Below, piece after piece: positions 41,112 to 55,150 of a DNA stretch of 64,000 bases. Each line of letters starts with the position of its first letter. Positions within the stretch are counted from its first letter, which is position 1. The stretch spans positions 120,032,001 through 120,096,000 of the forward strand of contig OZ024744.1 in NCBI GenBank assembly GCA_964016885.1. The letters run 5' to 3'. The notes under the pieces are model-generated. The model had not been told where the DNA came from. It ran no database searches and saw only the letters and a program-made list of their open reading frames with translations. The stretch comes from Eledone cirrhosa. Taxonomy: Eukaryota. Both the position numbers and the translations under genes were made by a program.

Positions 41112-44100
41112 CTAACCACATGTCTGTAGTATCAGAGCTGTATGCTCTCAATTCAGAGATTCGTTCCTGAGACATTCTAACCACATGTCATAGTATCAGA
41201 GCTGTGATCTCTCAATTCAGAGATTCTTTCCTGAGACATTCTAACCACATGGCATATTATCAGAGCTGTGATATCTCAATTCACAGATTCTTTCCTGAGA
41301 CATTCTTACCACATGTCGTAGTATCAGAGCTGTGATCTCTCAATTTAGAGATTCTTTCCTGAGACATTCTAACCACATGTCATAGTATCAGAGCTGTGAT
41401 CTCTTAATTTAGAGATTCTTTCATGAGATTTTCTAACCACATGTCATAGTATCAGGGCTGTGATCTCTCAATTCAGAGATTCTTTCCTGAGACATTCTAA
41501 CCACATGTCATAGTATCAGAGCTGTGATCCCTTAATTTAGAGATGCTTTCATGAGATATTCTAACCATATGTCATAGTATCAGATCTGTGATCTCTCAAT
41601 TCAGAGATTCTTTCCTGAGACATTCTAACCACATGTCATAGTATCGGAGCTGTCATCTCTCAATTCAGAGATTCTTTCCTGAGACATTCTAACCACATGT
41701 CATAGTATCAGAGCTGTGATCTCTCAATTTAGAGATTCTTTCCTGAGATATTCTAATCACATGTCATAGTATCATAGCTGTCATCTCTCAATTCAGAGAT
41801 TCTTTCCTGAGACATTCTAACCACATGTCATAGTATCAGAGCTCTGATCTCTCAATTCAGAGATTCTTTCCTGAGACATTCTAACCACATGTAATAGTAT
41901 TAGATCTGTGATCTCTCAATTTAGAGATTCTTTCCTAAGACATTCTAACTCCAGGTCCACAGTATCAGAGCTGTGGTCTCTCAATTTAGAGATTCTTTCC
42001 TGAGATATTCTAACTACATGTCATAGTATTAGAGATGTGATCTCTCAATTCAGAGATTCTTTCCTGAGACATTCTAACCACATGTCTGTAGTATCAGAGC
42101 TGTATGCTCTCAATTCAGAGATTCTTTCCTGAGACATTCTAACCACATGTCATAGTATCAGAGCTGTTATCTCTCAATTCAGAGATTCTTTCATGAGATA
42201 TTCTAACCACATGTCATAGTATCAGAGCTGTGATCTCTCAATTCAGAGATCCTTTCCGGGGATATTCTAACCTCATGTCATAGTATCAGAGCTGTGATCT
42301 CTCAATTCAGAGTTTCCTTCCTGAGACATTCAAACCACATGTCATAGTATTAGAGCTGTGATCTCTCAATTCAGAGATTCTTTCCTGAGACATTCTTACC
42401 ACATGTCGTAGTATCAGAGCTGTGATCTCTCAATTTAGAGATTCTTTCCTGAGACATTCTAACCACATGTCATAGTATCAGAGCTGTGATCTCTCAATTC
42501 AGAGATTCTTTCCTGAGACATTCTAACCACATGTCATAGTATCAGAGCTGTGATATCTCAATTGAGAGATTCTTTCCTGAGATATTTTAACCACATATCA
42601 TAGTATCAGAGCTGTCATCTCGCAATTCAGAGATTCTTTCCTGAGACATTCTAACCACATGTCATAGTATCAGAGCTGTGATCTCTCAATTTAGAGATTC
42701 TTTCATGAGATATTCTAACCACATGTCATAAAATCAGAGCTATGATCTCTCAATTCAGAGATTCTTTCCTGAGACATTCTAACCTCATGTCTGTAGTATC
42801 AGAGCTGTGATCTCTCAATTCAGAGATTCTTTCCTGATACATTCTAACCACATGTCATAGTATCAGAGCTGTGATCTCTCAATTCAGAGATTCTTTACTG
42901 AGACATTCTAACCACGTTATAGTATCAGAGCTGTGATATCTCAATTCAGAGATTCTTTCCTGAGACATTCTAATCACATGTCATAGTATCAGAGCTGTGA
43001 TCTCTCAATTTAGATATTCTTTCCTGAGATATTCTAACCACATGTCATAGTATTAGAGCTGTGATCTCTCAATTCAGAGGTTCTTTCCTGAGACATTCTA
43101 ACCACATGTCTGTAGTATCAGAGCTGTGATCTCTCAATTAAGAGATTCTTTCCTGGGACATTCTAAACACATGTCATAGTATCAGGGCTGTGATCTCTCA
43201 ATTCAGAGATTCTTTCCTGAGACATTCTAACCACATGTCATAGTATCAGAGCTGTGATCTCTTAATTTAGAGATTCTTTCATGAGATATTCTAACCACAT
43301 GTCATAGTATCAGAGCTGTGATCTCTCAATTCAGAGATTCTTTCCTGAGGCATTCTAACCACATGTCATAGTATCAGAGCTGTGATCTCTCAATTCAGAG
43401 ATTCTTTCCTGAGACATTCTAACCACATGTCATAGTATCAGAGCTTTGATATCTCAATTCAGAGATTCTTTCCTGAGATATTCTAACCACATGTCATAGT
43501 ATCAGAGATGTCTTCTCTCAATTCAGAGATTCTTTCCTGAGACATTCTAACCACATGTCATAATATCAGAGCCGTGATCTCTTAATTTAGAGATTCTTTC
43601 ATGAGATATTCTCACCAAATGTCATAGTATCAGATCTGTGATCTCTCAATTCAGAGATTCTTTCCTGAGACATTCTAACCACATGTCATAGTATTAGAGC
43701 TGTGATCTCTCAATTCAGAGATTCTTTCCTGAGACATTCTAACCACATGTCACAGTATCAGAGCTGTGATCTCTCAATTCAGAGATTCTTTCCTCAGACA
43801 TTCTAACCACATCTCATAGTATCGGAGCTGTGATCTCTCAATTCAGAGATTCTTTCCTGAGACATTCTAACCACATGTCATAGTATCAGATCTGTGATCT
43901 CTCAATTCAGAGATTATTTCCTGAGATATTCTAACCACATATCATAGTATCAGATCTGTCATCTCTCAATTCAGAGATTCTTTCCTGAGATATTCTAACC
44001 ACATGTAATAGTATTAGATCTGTGATCTCAGAATTTAGAGATTCTTTCCTGAGACATTCTAACTCCATGTCCACAGTATCAGAGCTGTGATCTCTCAATT

Positions 44101-47100
44101 TAGAGATTCTTTCCTGAGATATTCTAACCACATGTCATAGTATTATTGATGTGATCTCTCAATGCAGAGATTCTTTCCTGAGACATTCTAACCACATGTC
44201 TGTTGTATCAGAGCTGTATGCTCTCAATTCAGAGATTCTTTCCTGAGACATTCTAACCACATGTCATAGTATCAGAGCTGTGATCTCTCAATTCAGAGAT
44301 TCTTTCCTGAGACATTCTAACCACATGGCATAGTATCAGAGCTGTGATATCTCAATTCAGAGATTCTTTCCTGAGACATTCTTACCACATGTCGTAGTAT
44401 CAGAGCTGTGATCTCTCAATTTAGAGATTCTTTCCTGAGACATTCTAACCACATGTCATAGTATCAGAGCTGTGATCTCTTAATTTAGAGATTCTTTCAT
44501 GAGATATTCTAACCACATGTCATAGTATTAGGGCTGTGATCTCTCAATTCAGAGATTCTTTCCTGAGACATTCTAACCACATGTCATAGTATCAGAGCTG
44601 TGATCTCTTAATTTAGAGATGCTTTCATGAGATATTCTAACCACATGTCATAGTATCAGATCTGTGATCTCTCAATTCAGAGATTCTTTCCTGAGACATT
44701 CTAACCACATGTCATAGTATCGGAGCTGTCATCTCTCAATTCAGAGATTCTTTCCTGAGACATTCTAACCACATGTCATAGTATCAGAGCTGTGATCTCT
44801 CAATTTAGAGATTCTTTCCTGAGATATTCTAATCACATGTCATAGTATCATAGCTGTCATCTCTCAATTCAGAGATTCCATCCTGAGACATTCAAACCCC
44901 ATGTCATAGTATCAGATCTATGATCTCTCAATTTAGAGATTCTTTCAAGAGATATTCTAACCACATGTCATAGTATCAGAGCTGTGATCTCTCAATTCAG
45001 AGATTCTTTCCTGAGACATTCTAACCACATGTAATAGTATTAGATCTGTGATCTCTCAATTTAGAGATTCTTTCCTGAGATATTCTAACTACATGTCATA
45101 GTATTAGAGATGTGATCTCTCAATTCAGAGATTCTTTCCTGAGACATTCTAACCACATGTCTGTAGTATCAGAGCTGTATGGTCTCAATTCAGAGATTCT
45201 TTCCTGAGACATTCTAACTCCATGTCCACAGTATCAGAGCTGTGGTCTCTCAATTTAGAGATTCTTTCCTGAGATATTCTAACTACATGTCATAATATCA
45301 GAGCTATGATCTCCCAATTCAGAGATTCTTTCCTGAGACATTCTAACCTCATGTCTGTAGTATCAGAGCTGTGATCTCTCAATTCAGAGATTCTTTACTG
45401 AGACATTCTAACCACGTTATAGTATCAGAGCTGTGATATCTCAATTCAGAGATTCTTTCCTGAGACATTCTAATCACATGTCATAGTATCAGAGCTGTGA
45501 TCTCTCAATTTAGATATTCTTTCCTGAGATATTCTAACCACATGTCATAGTATTAGAGCTGTGATCTCTCAATTCAGAGGTTCTTTCCTGAGACATTCTA
45601 ACCACATGTCTGTAGTATCAGAGCTGTGATCTCTCAATTAAGAGATTCTTTCCTGGGACATTCTAACCACATGTCATATTATCAGGGCTGTGATCTCTCA
45701 ATTCAGAGATTCTTTCCTGAGACATTCTAACCTCATGTCATAGTATCAGAGCTGTGATCTCTTAATTTAGAGATTCTTTCATGAGATATTCTAACCACAT
45801 GTCATAGTATCAGAGCTGTGATCTCTCAATTCAGAGATTCTTTCCTGAGACATTCTAACCACATGTCATAGTATCAGAGCTGTGATCTCTCAATTCAGAG
45901 ATTCTTTCCTGAGACATTCTAACCACATGTCATAGTATCAGATCTGTGATCTCTCAATTCAGAGATTCTTTCCTGAGACATTCTAACCACATGTCATAGT
46001 ATTAGAGCTGTGATCTCTCAATTCAGAGATTCTTTCCTGAGACATTCTAACCACATGTCACAGTATCAGAGCTGTGATCTCTCAATTCAGAGATTCTTTC
46101 CTCAGACATTCTAACCACATCTCATAGTATCGGAGCTGTGATCTCTCAATTCAGAGATTCTTTCCTGAGACATTCTAACCACATGTCATAGTATCAGATC
46201 TGTGATCTCTCAATTCAGAGATTATTTCCTGAGATATTCTAACCACATATCATAGTATCAGATCTGTCATCTCTCAATTCAGAGATTCTTTCCTGAGATA
46301 TTCTAACCACATGTAATAGTATTAGATCTGTGATCTCAGAATTTAGAGATTCTTTCCTGAGACATTCTAACTCCATGTCCACAGTATCAGAGCTGTGATC
46401 TCTCAATTTAGAGATTCTTTCCTGAGACATTCTAACCACATGTCATAGTATCAGAGCTGTGATCTCTTAATTTAGAGATTCTTTCATGAGATATTCTAAC
46501 CACATGTCATAGTATCAGGGCTGTGATCTCTCAATTCAGAGATTCTTTCCTGAGACATTCTAACCACATGTCATAGTATCAGAGCTGTGATCTCTTAATT
46601 TAGAGATGCTTTCATGAGATATTCTAACCACATGTCATAGTATCAGATCTGTTATCTCTCAATTCAGAGATTCTTTCCTGAGACATTCTAACCACATGTC
46701 ATAGTATCGGAGCTGTCATCTCTCAATTCAGAGATTCTTTCCTGAGACATTCTAACCACATGTCATAGTATCAGAGCTGTGATCTCTCAATTTAGAGATT
46801 CTTTCCTGAGATATTCTAATCACATGTCATAGTATCATAGCTGTGATCTCTCAATTCAGAGATTCCATCCTGAGACATTCTAACCCCATGTCATAGTATC
46901 AGAGCTATGATCTCTCAATTCAGAGATTATTTCCTGAGATATTCTAACCACATATCATAGTATCAGAGCTGTCATCTCTCAATTCAGAGATTCTTTCCTG
47001 AGACATTCTAACCACATGTAATAGTATTAGATCTGTGATCTCTCAATTTAGAGATTCTTTCCTGAGACATTCTAACTCCATGTCCACTGTATCAGAGCTG

Positions 47101-50100
47101 TGATCTCTCAATTTAGAGATTCTTTCCTGAGATATTCTAACCACATGTCATAGTATTAGAGATGTGATCTCTCAATTCAGAGATTCTTTCCTGAGACATT
47201 CTAACCATATGTCTGTAGTATCAGAGTTGTATGCTCTCAATTCAGAGATTCGTTCCTGAGACATTCTAACCACATGTCATAGTATCAGAGCTGTGATCTC
47301 TCAATTCAGAGATTCTTTCCGGAGACATTCTAACCACATGGCATAGTATCAGAGCTGTGATATCTCAATTCACAGATTCTTTCCTGAGACATTCTTACCA
47401 CATGTCGTAGTATCAGAGCTGTGATCTCTCAATTTAGAGATTCTTTCCTGAGACATTCTAACCACATGTCATAGTATCAGAGCTGTGATGTCTTAATTTA
47501 GAGATTCTTTCATGAGATTTTCTAACCACATGTCATAGTATCAGGGCTGTGATCTCTCAATTCAGAGATTCTTTCCTGAGACATTCTAACCACATGTCAT
47601 AGTATCAGAGCTGTCATCTCTTAATTTAGAGATGCTTTCATGAGATATTCTAACCATATGTCATAGTATCAGATCTGTGATCTCTCAATTCAGAGATTCT
47701 TTCCTGAGACATTCTAACCACATGTCATAGTATCGGAGCTGTCATCTCTCAATTCAGAGATCCTTTCCTGAGACATTCTAACCACATGTCATAGTATCAG
47801 AGCTGTGATCTCTCAATTTAGAGATTCTTTCCTGAGATATTCTAATCACATGTCATAGTATCATAGCCGTCATCTCTCAATTCAGAGATTCTTTCCTGAG
47901 ACATTCTAACCACATGTCATAGTATCAGAGCTATGATCTCTCAATTTAGAGATTCTTTCAAGAGATATTCTAACCACATGTCATAGTATCAGAGCTGTGA
48001 TCTCTCAATTCAGAGATTCTTTCCTGAGACATTCTAACCACATGTAATAGTATTAGATCTGTGATCTCTCAATTTAGAGATTCTTTCCTAAGACATTCTA
48101 ACTCCATGTCCACAGTATCAGAGCTGTGGTCTCTCAATTTAGAGATTCTTTCCTGAGATATTTTAACTACATGTCATAGTATTAGAGATGTGATCTCTCA
48201 ATTCAGAGATTCTTTCCTGAGACATTCTAACCACATGTCTGTAGTATCAGAGCTGTATGCTCTCAATTCAGAGATTCTTTCCTGAGACATTCTAACCACA
48301 TGTCATAGTATCAGAGCTGTTATCTCTCAATTCAGAGATTCTTTCATGAGATATTCTAACCACATGTCAAAGTATCAGAGTTGTGATCTCTCAATTCAGA
48401 GATCCTTTCCGGGGATATTCTAACCTCATGTCATAGTATCAGAGCTGTGATCTCTCAATTCAGAGATTCCTTCCTGAGACATTCAAACCACATGTCATAG
48501 TATTAGAGCTGTGATCTCTCAGTTCAGAGATTCTTTCCTGAGACATTCTTACCACATGTCGTAGTATCAGAGCTGTGATCTCTCAATTTAGAGATTCTTT
48601 CCTGAGACATTCTAACCACATGTCATAGTATCAGAGCTGTGATCTCTCAATTCAGAGATTCTTTCCTGAGACATTCTAACCACATGTCATAGTATCAGAG
48701 CTGTGATATCTCAATTGAGAGATTCTTTCCTAAGATATTTTAACCACATATCATAGTATCAGAGCTGTCATCTCTCAATTCAGAGATTCTTTCCTGAGAC
48801 ATTCTAACCACATGTCATAGTATCAGAGCTGTGATCTCTCAATTTAGAGATTCTTTCATGAGATATTCTAACTATATGTCATAATATCAGAGCTATGATC
48901 TCTCAATTCAGAGATTCTTTCCTGAGACATTCTAAACTCATGTCTGTAGTATCAGAGATGTGATCTCTCAATTCAGAGATTCTTTCCTGATACATTCTAA
49001 CCACATGTCATAGTATCAGAGCTGTGATCTCTCAATTCAGAGATTCTTTACTGAGACATTCTAACCACGTTATAGTATCTGAGCTGTGATATCTCAATTC
49101 AGAGATTCTTTCCTGAGACATTCTAATCACATGTCATAGTATCAGAGCTGTGATCTCTCAATTTAGATATTCTTTCCTGAGATATTCTAACCACATGTCA
49201 TAGTATTAGAGCTGTGATCTCTCAATTCAGAGGTTCTTTCCTGAGACATTCTAACCACATGTCTGTAGTATCAGAGCTGTGATCTCTCAATTAAGAGATT
49301 CTTTCCTGGGACATTCTAACCACATGTCATAGTATCAGGGCTGTGATCTCTCAATTCAGAGATTCTTTCCTGAGACATTCTAACCACATGTCATAGTATC
49401 AGAGCTGTGATCTCTTAATTTAGAGATTCTTTCATGAGATATTCTAACCACATATCATAGTATCAGAGCTGTGATCTCTCAATTCAGAGATTCTTTCCTG
49501 AGACATTCTAACCACATGTCATAGTATCAGAGCTGTGATCTCTCAATTCAGAGATTCTTTCCTGAGACATTCTAACCACATGTCATAGTATCAGAGCTAT
49601 GATATCTCAATTCAGAGATTCTTTCCTGAGATATTCTAACCACATGTCATAGTATCAGAGATGTCTTCTCTCAATTCAGAGATTCTTTCCTGAGACATTC
49701 TAACCACATGTCATAATATCAGAGCCGTGATCTCTTAATTTAGAGATTCTTTCATGAGATATTCTAACCACATGTCATAGTATCAGATCTGTGATCTCTC
49801 AATTCAGAGATTCTTTCCTGAGACATTCTAACCACATGTCATAGTATTAGAGCTGTGATCTCTCAATTCAGAGATTCTTTCCTGAGACATTCTAACTTCA
49901 TGTCCACAGTATCAGAGCTGTGATCTCTCAATTTAGAGATTCTTTCCTGAGATATTCTAACCACATGTCATAGTATTAGAGTTGTGATCTCAGAATTTAG
50001 AGATTCTTTCCTGAGACATTCTAACTCCATGTCCACAGTATCAGAGCTGTGATCTCTCAATTAAGAGATTCTTTCCTGGGACATTCTAACCACATGTCAT

Positions 50101-52559
50101 AGTATCAGGGCTGTGATCTCTCAATTCAGAGATTCTTTCCTGAGACATTCTAACCACATGTCATAGTATCAGAGCTATGATATCTCAATTCAGAAATTCT
50201 TTCCTGAGATATTCTAACCACACGTCATAGTATCAGAGATGTCTTCTCTCAATTCAGAGATTCTTTCCTGAGACATTCTAACCACATCTCATATTATCGG
50301 AGCTGTGATCTCTGAATTCAGAGATTCTTTCCTGAGACATTCTAACCACATGTCATAGTATCAGATCTGTGATCTCTCAATTCAGAGATTATTTCCTGAG
50401 ATATTCTAACCACATGTTATATTATCAGAGTTGTGATCTCTCAATTCCGATATTCTTTCCTGAGATATTCTAACCACATGTAATAGTATTAGATCTGTGA
50501 TCTCAGAATTTAGAGATTCTTTCCTGAGACATTCTAACTCCATGTCCACAGTATCAGAACTGTGATCTCTCAATTTAGAGATTCTTTCCTGAGATATTCT
50601 AACCACATGTCATAGTATTAGAGTTGTGATCTCTCAATTCAGAGATTCTTTCCTGAGACATTCTAACCACATGTCTGTAGTATCAGAGCTGTATGCTCTC
50701 AATTCAGAGATTCTTTCCTGAGACATTCTAACCACATGTCATAGTATCAGAGCTGTGATATCTCAATTCACAGATTCTTTCCTGAGACATTCTTACCACA
50801 TGTCGTAGTATCAGAGCTGTGATCTCTCAATTTAGAGATTCTTTCCTGAGACATTCTAACCACATGTCATAGTATCAGAGCTGTGATCTCTTAATTTAGA
50901 GATTCTTTCATGAGATTTTCTAACCACATGTCATAGTATCAGGGCTGTGATCTCTCAATTCAGAGATTCTTTCCTGAGACATTCTAACCACATGTCATAG
51001 TATCAGAGCTGTCATCTCTTAATTTAGAGATGCTTTCATGAAATATTCTAACCACATGTCATAGTATCAGATCTGTGATCTCTCAATTCAGAGATTCTTT
51101 CCTGAGACATTCTAACCACATGTCATAGTATCGGAGCTGTCATCTCTCAATTCAGAGATTCTTTCCTGAGACATTCTAACCACATGTCATAGTATCAGAG
51201 CTGTGATCTCTCAATTTAGAGATTCTTTCCTGAGATATTCTAATCACATGTCATAGTATCATAGCTGTCATCTCTCAATTCAGAGATTCTTTCCTGAGAC
51301 ATTCTAACCACATGTCATAGTATCAGAGCTATGATCTCTCAATTTAGAGATTCTTTCAAGAGATATTCTAACCACATGTCATAGTATCAGAGCTGTGATC
51401 TCTCAATTCAGAGATTCTTTCCTGAGACATTCTAACCACATGTAATAGTATTAGATCTGTGATCTCTCAATTTAGAGATTCTTTCCTAAGACATTCTAAC
51501 TCCATGTCCACAGTATCAGAGCTGTGGTCCCTCAATTTAGAGATTCTTTCCTGAGATATTCTAACTACATGTCATAGTATTAGAGATGTGATCTCTCAAT
51601 TCAGAGATTCTTTCCTGAGACATTCTAACCACATGTCTGTAGTATCAGAGCTGTATGCTCTCAATTCAGAGATTCTTTCCTGAGACATTCTAACCACATG
51701 TCATAGTATCAGAGCTGTTATCTCTCAATTCAGAGATTCTTTCATGAGATATTCTAACCACATGTCATAGTATCAGAGCTGTGATCTCTCATTTCAGAGA
51801 TCCTTTCCGGGGATATTCTAACCTCATGTCATAGTATCAGAGCTGTGATCTCTCAATTCAGAGATTCCTTCCTGAGACATTCAAACCACATGTCATAGTA
51901 TTAGAGCTGTGATCTCTCAATTCAGAGATTCTTTCCTGAGACATTCTTACCACATGTCGTAGTATCAGAGCTGTGATCTCTCAATTTAGAGATTCTTTCC
52001 TGAGATATTCTAACCACATGTCATAGTATCAGAGCTGTGATCTCTCAATTTAGAGATTCTTTAATGAGATATTCTAACCACATGTCATAATATCAGAGCT
52101 ATGATCTCTCAATTCAGAGATTCTTTCCTGAGACATTCTAACCTCATGTCTGTAGTATCAGAGCTGTGATCTCTCAATTCAGAGATTCTTTCCTGATACA
52201 TTCTAACCACATGTCATAGTATCAGAGCTGTGATCTCTCAATTCAGAGATTCTTTACTGAGACATTCTAACCACGTCATAGTATCAGAGCTGTGATATCT
52301 CAATTCAGAGATTCTTTCCTGAGACATTCTAATCACATGTCATAGTATCAGAGCTGTGATCTCTCAATTTAGAGATTCTTTCATGAGATATTCTAACCAC
52401 ATGTCATAATATCAGAGCTATGATCTCTCAATTCAGAGGTTCTTTCCTGAGACATTCTAACCACATGTCTGTTGTATCAGAGCTGTGATCTCTCAATTAA
52501 GAGATTCTTTCCTGGGACATTCTAACCACATGTCATAGTATCAGGGCTGTGATCTCTCA

Positions 52560-55150
52560 ATTCAGAGATTCTTTCCTGAGACATTCTAACCACATGTCAT
52601 AGTATCAGAGCTGTGATCTCTTAATTTAGAGATTCTTTCATGAGACATTCTAACCACATGTCATAGTATCAGAGCTGTGATCTCTCAATTCAGAGATTCT
52701 TTCCTGAGACATTCTAACCACATGTCATAGTATCAGAGCTTTGATATCTCAATTCAGAGATTCTTTCCTGAGATATTCTAACCACATGTCATAGTATCAG
52801 AGATGTCTTCTTTCAATTCAGAGATTCTTTCCTGAGACATTCTAACCACATGTCATAATATCAGAGCCGTGATCTCTTAATTTAGAGATTATTTCATGAG
52901 ATATTCTAACCACATGTCATAGTATCAGATCTGTGATCTCTCAATTCAGAGATTCTTTCCTGAGACATTCTAACCACATGTCATAGTATTAGAGCTGTGA
53001 TCTCTCAATTCAGAGATTCTTTCCTGAGACATTCTAACCACGTCACAGTATCAGAGCTGTGATCTCTCAATTCAGAGATTCTATCCTGAGACATTCTAAC
53101 CACATCTCATAGTATCGGAGCTGTGATCTCTCAATTCAGAGATTCTTTTCTGAGACATTCTAACCACATGTCATAGTATCAGATCTGTGATCTCTCAATT
53201 CAGAGATTATTTCCTGAGATATTCTAACCACATATCATAGTATCAGATCTGTCATCTCTCAATTCAGAGATTCTTTCCTGAGACATTCTAACCACATGTA
53301 ATAGTATTAGATCTGTGATCTCTCAATTTAGAGATTCTTTCCTGAGACATTCTAACTCCATGTCCACAGTATCAGAGCTGTGATCTCTCAATTTAGAGAT
53401 TCTTTCCTGAGATATTCTAACCACATGTCATAGTATTAGAAATGTGATCTCTCAATTCAGAGATTCTTTCCTGAGACATTCTAACCACATGTCTGTAGTA
53501 TCAGAGCTGTATGCTCTCAATTCAGAGATTCTTTCCTGAGACATTCTAACCACATGTTATAGTATCAGAGCTGTGATCTCTCAATTCAGAGATTCTTTCC
53601 TGAGACATTCTAACCACATGGCATAGTATCAGAGCTGTGATATCTCAATTCAGAGATTCTTTCCTGGGACATTCTTACCACATGTCGTAGTATCAGAGCT
53701 GTGATCTCTCAATTTAGAGATTCTTTCCTGAGACATTCTAACCACATGTCATAGTATCAGAGCTGTAATCTCTCAATTCAGAGATTCTTTCCTGAGACAT
53801 TCTAACCACATGTCATCGTATCAGAGCTGTGATCTCTCAATTTAGAGATTCTTTCATGAGATATTCTAACCACATGTCATAATATCAGAGCTATGATCTC
53901 TCAATTCAGAGATTCTTTCCTGAGACATTCTAACCACATGTCATAGTATCAGAGCTGTGATCTCTTAATTTAGAGATTCTTTCATGAGACATTCTAACCA
54001 CATGTCATAGTATCAGAGCTGTGATCTCTCAATTCAGAGATTCTTTCCTGCGACATTCTAACCACATGTCATAGTATCAGAGCTTTGATATCTCAATTCA
54101 GAGATTCTTTCCTGAGATATTCTAACCACATGTCATAGTATCAGAGATGTCTTCTTTCAATTCAGAGATTCTTTCCTGAGACATTCTAACCACATGTCAT
54201 AATATCAGAGCCGTGATCTCTTAATTTAGAGATTATTTCATGAGATATTCTAACCACATGTCATAGTATCAGATCTGTGATCTCTCAATTCAGAGATTCT
54301 TTCCTGAGACATTCTAACCACATGTCATAGTATTAGAGCTGTGATCTCTCAATTCAGAGATTCTTTCCTGAGACATTCTAACCACGTCACAGTATCAGAG
54401 CTGTGATCTCTCAATTCAGAGATTCTATCCTGAGACATTCTAACCACATCTCATAGTATCGGAGCTGTGATCTCTCAATTCAGAGATTCTTTTCTGAGAC
54501 ATTCTAACCACATGTCATAGTATCAGATCTGTGATCTCTCAATTCAGAGATTATTTCCTGAGATATTCTAACCACATATCATAGTATCAGATCTGTCATC
54601 TCTCAATTCAGAGATTCTTTCCTGAGACATTCTAACCACATGTAATAGCATTAGATCTGTGATCTCTCAATTTAGAGATTCTTTCCTGAGACATTCTAAC
54701 TCCATGTCCACAGTATCAGAGCTGTGATCTCTCAATTTAGAGATTCTTTCCTGAGATATTCTAACCACATGTCATAGTATTAGAAATGTGATCTCTCAAT
54801 TCAGAGATTCTTTCCTGAGACATTCTTACCACATGGCATAGTATCAGAGCTGTGATATCTCAATTCAGAGATTCTTTCCTGGGACATTCTTACCACATGT
54901 CGTAGTATCAGAGCTGTGATCTCTCAATTTAGAGATTCTTTCCTGAGACATTCTAACCACATGTCATAGTATCAGAGCTGTAATCTCTCAATTCAGAGAT
55001 TCTTTCCTGAGACATTCTAACCATATGTCATCGTATCAGAGCTGTGATCTCTCAATTTAGAGATTCTTTCATGAGATATTCTAACCACATGTCATAATAT
55101 CAGAGCTATGATCTCTCAATTCAGAGATTCTTTCCTGAGACATTCTAACC
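52560..55150 (+). repeat. Tandem duplication, offset 1344 bp (21 monomers)
   Basis: GATGTCTTCTTTC 52802/54146, CTATCC 53081/54425, TAGAAATG 53437/54781. The offset falls to 1215 after two monomers are lost (GCTGTAATC 53762/54977). Confidence 0.9.

Larger units (their letters stand above)
28110..44720 (+). repeat. Large tandem duplication (~7.2 kb copy followed by an expanded ~9.4 kb copy), junction about 35310-35340
   Basis: Offset 7204 (CGATG 28201/35405), then 7268 (CCAAATG 29271/36539, TTAACCACGT 30421/37689, TATCCGAG 31333/38601), then 9383 (GTAGTATCAGATTC 31701/41084, ORFs 34548/43931, TATTGATG 34761/44144). Confidence 0.92.
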
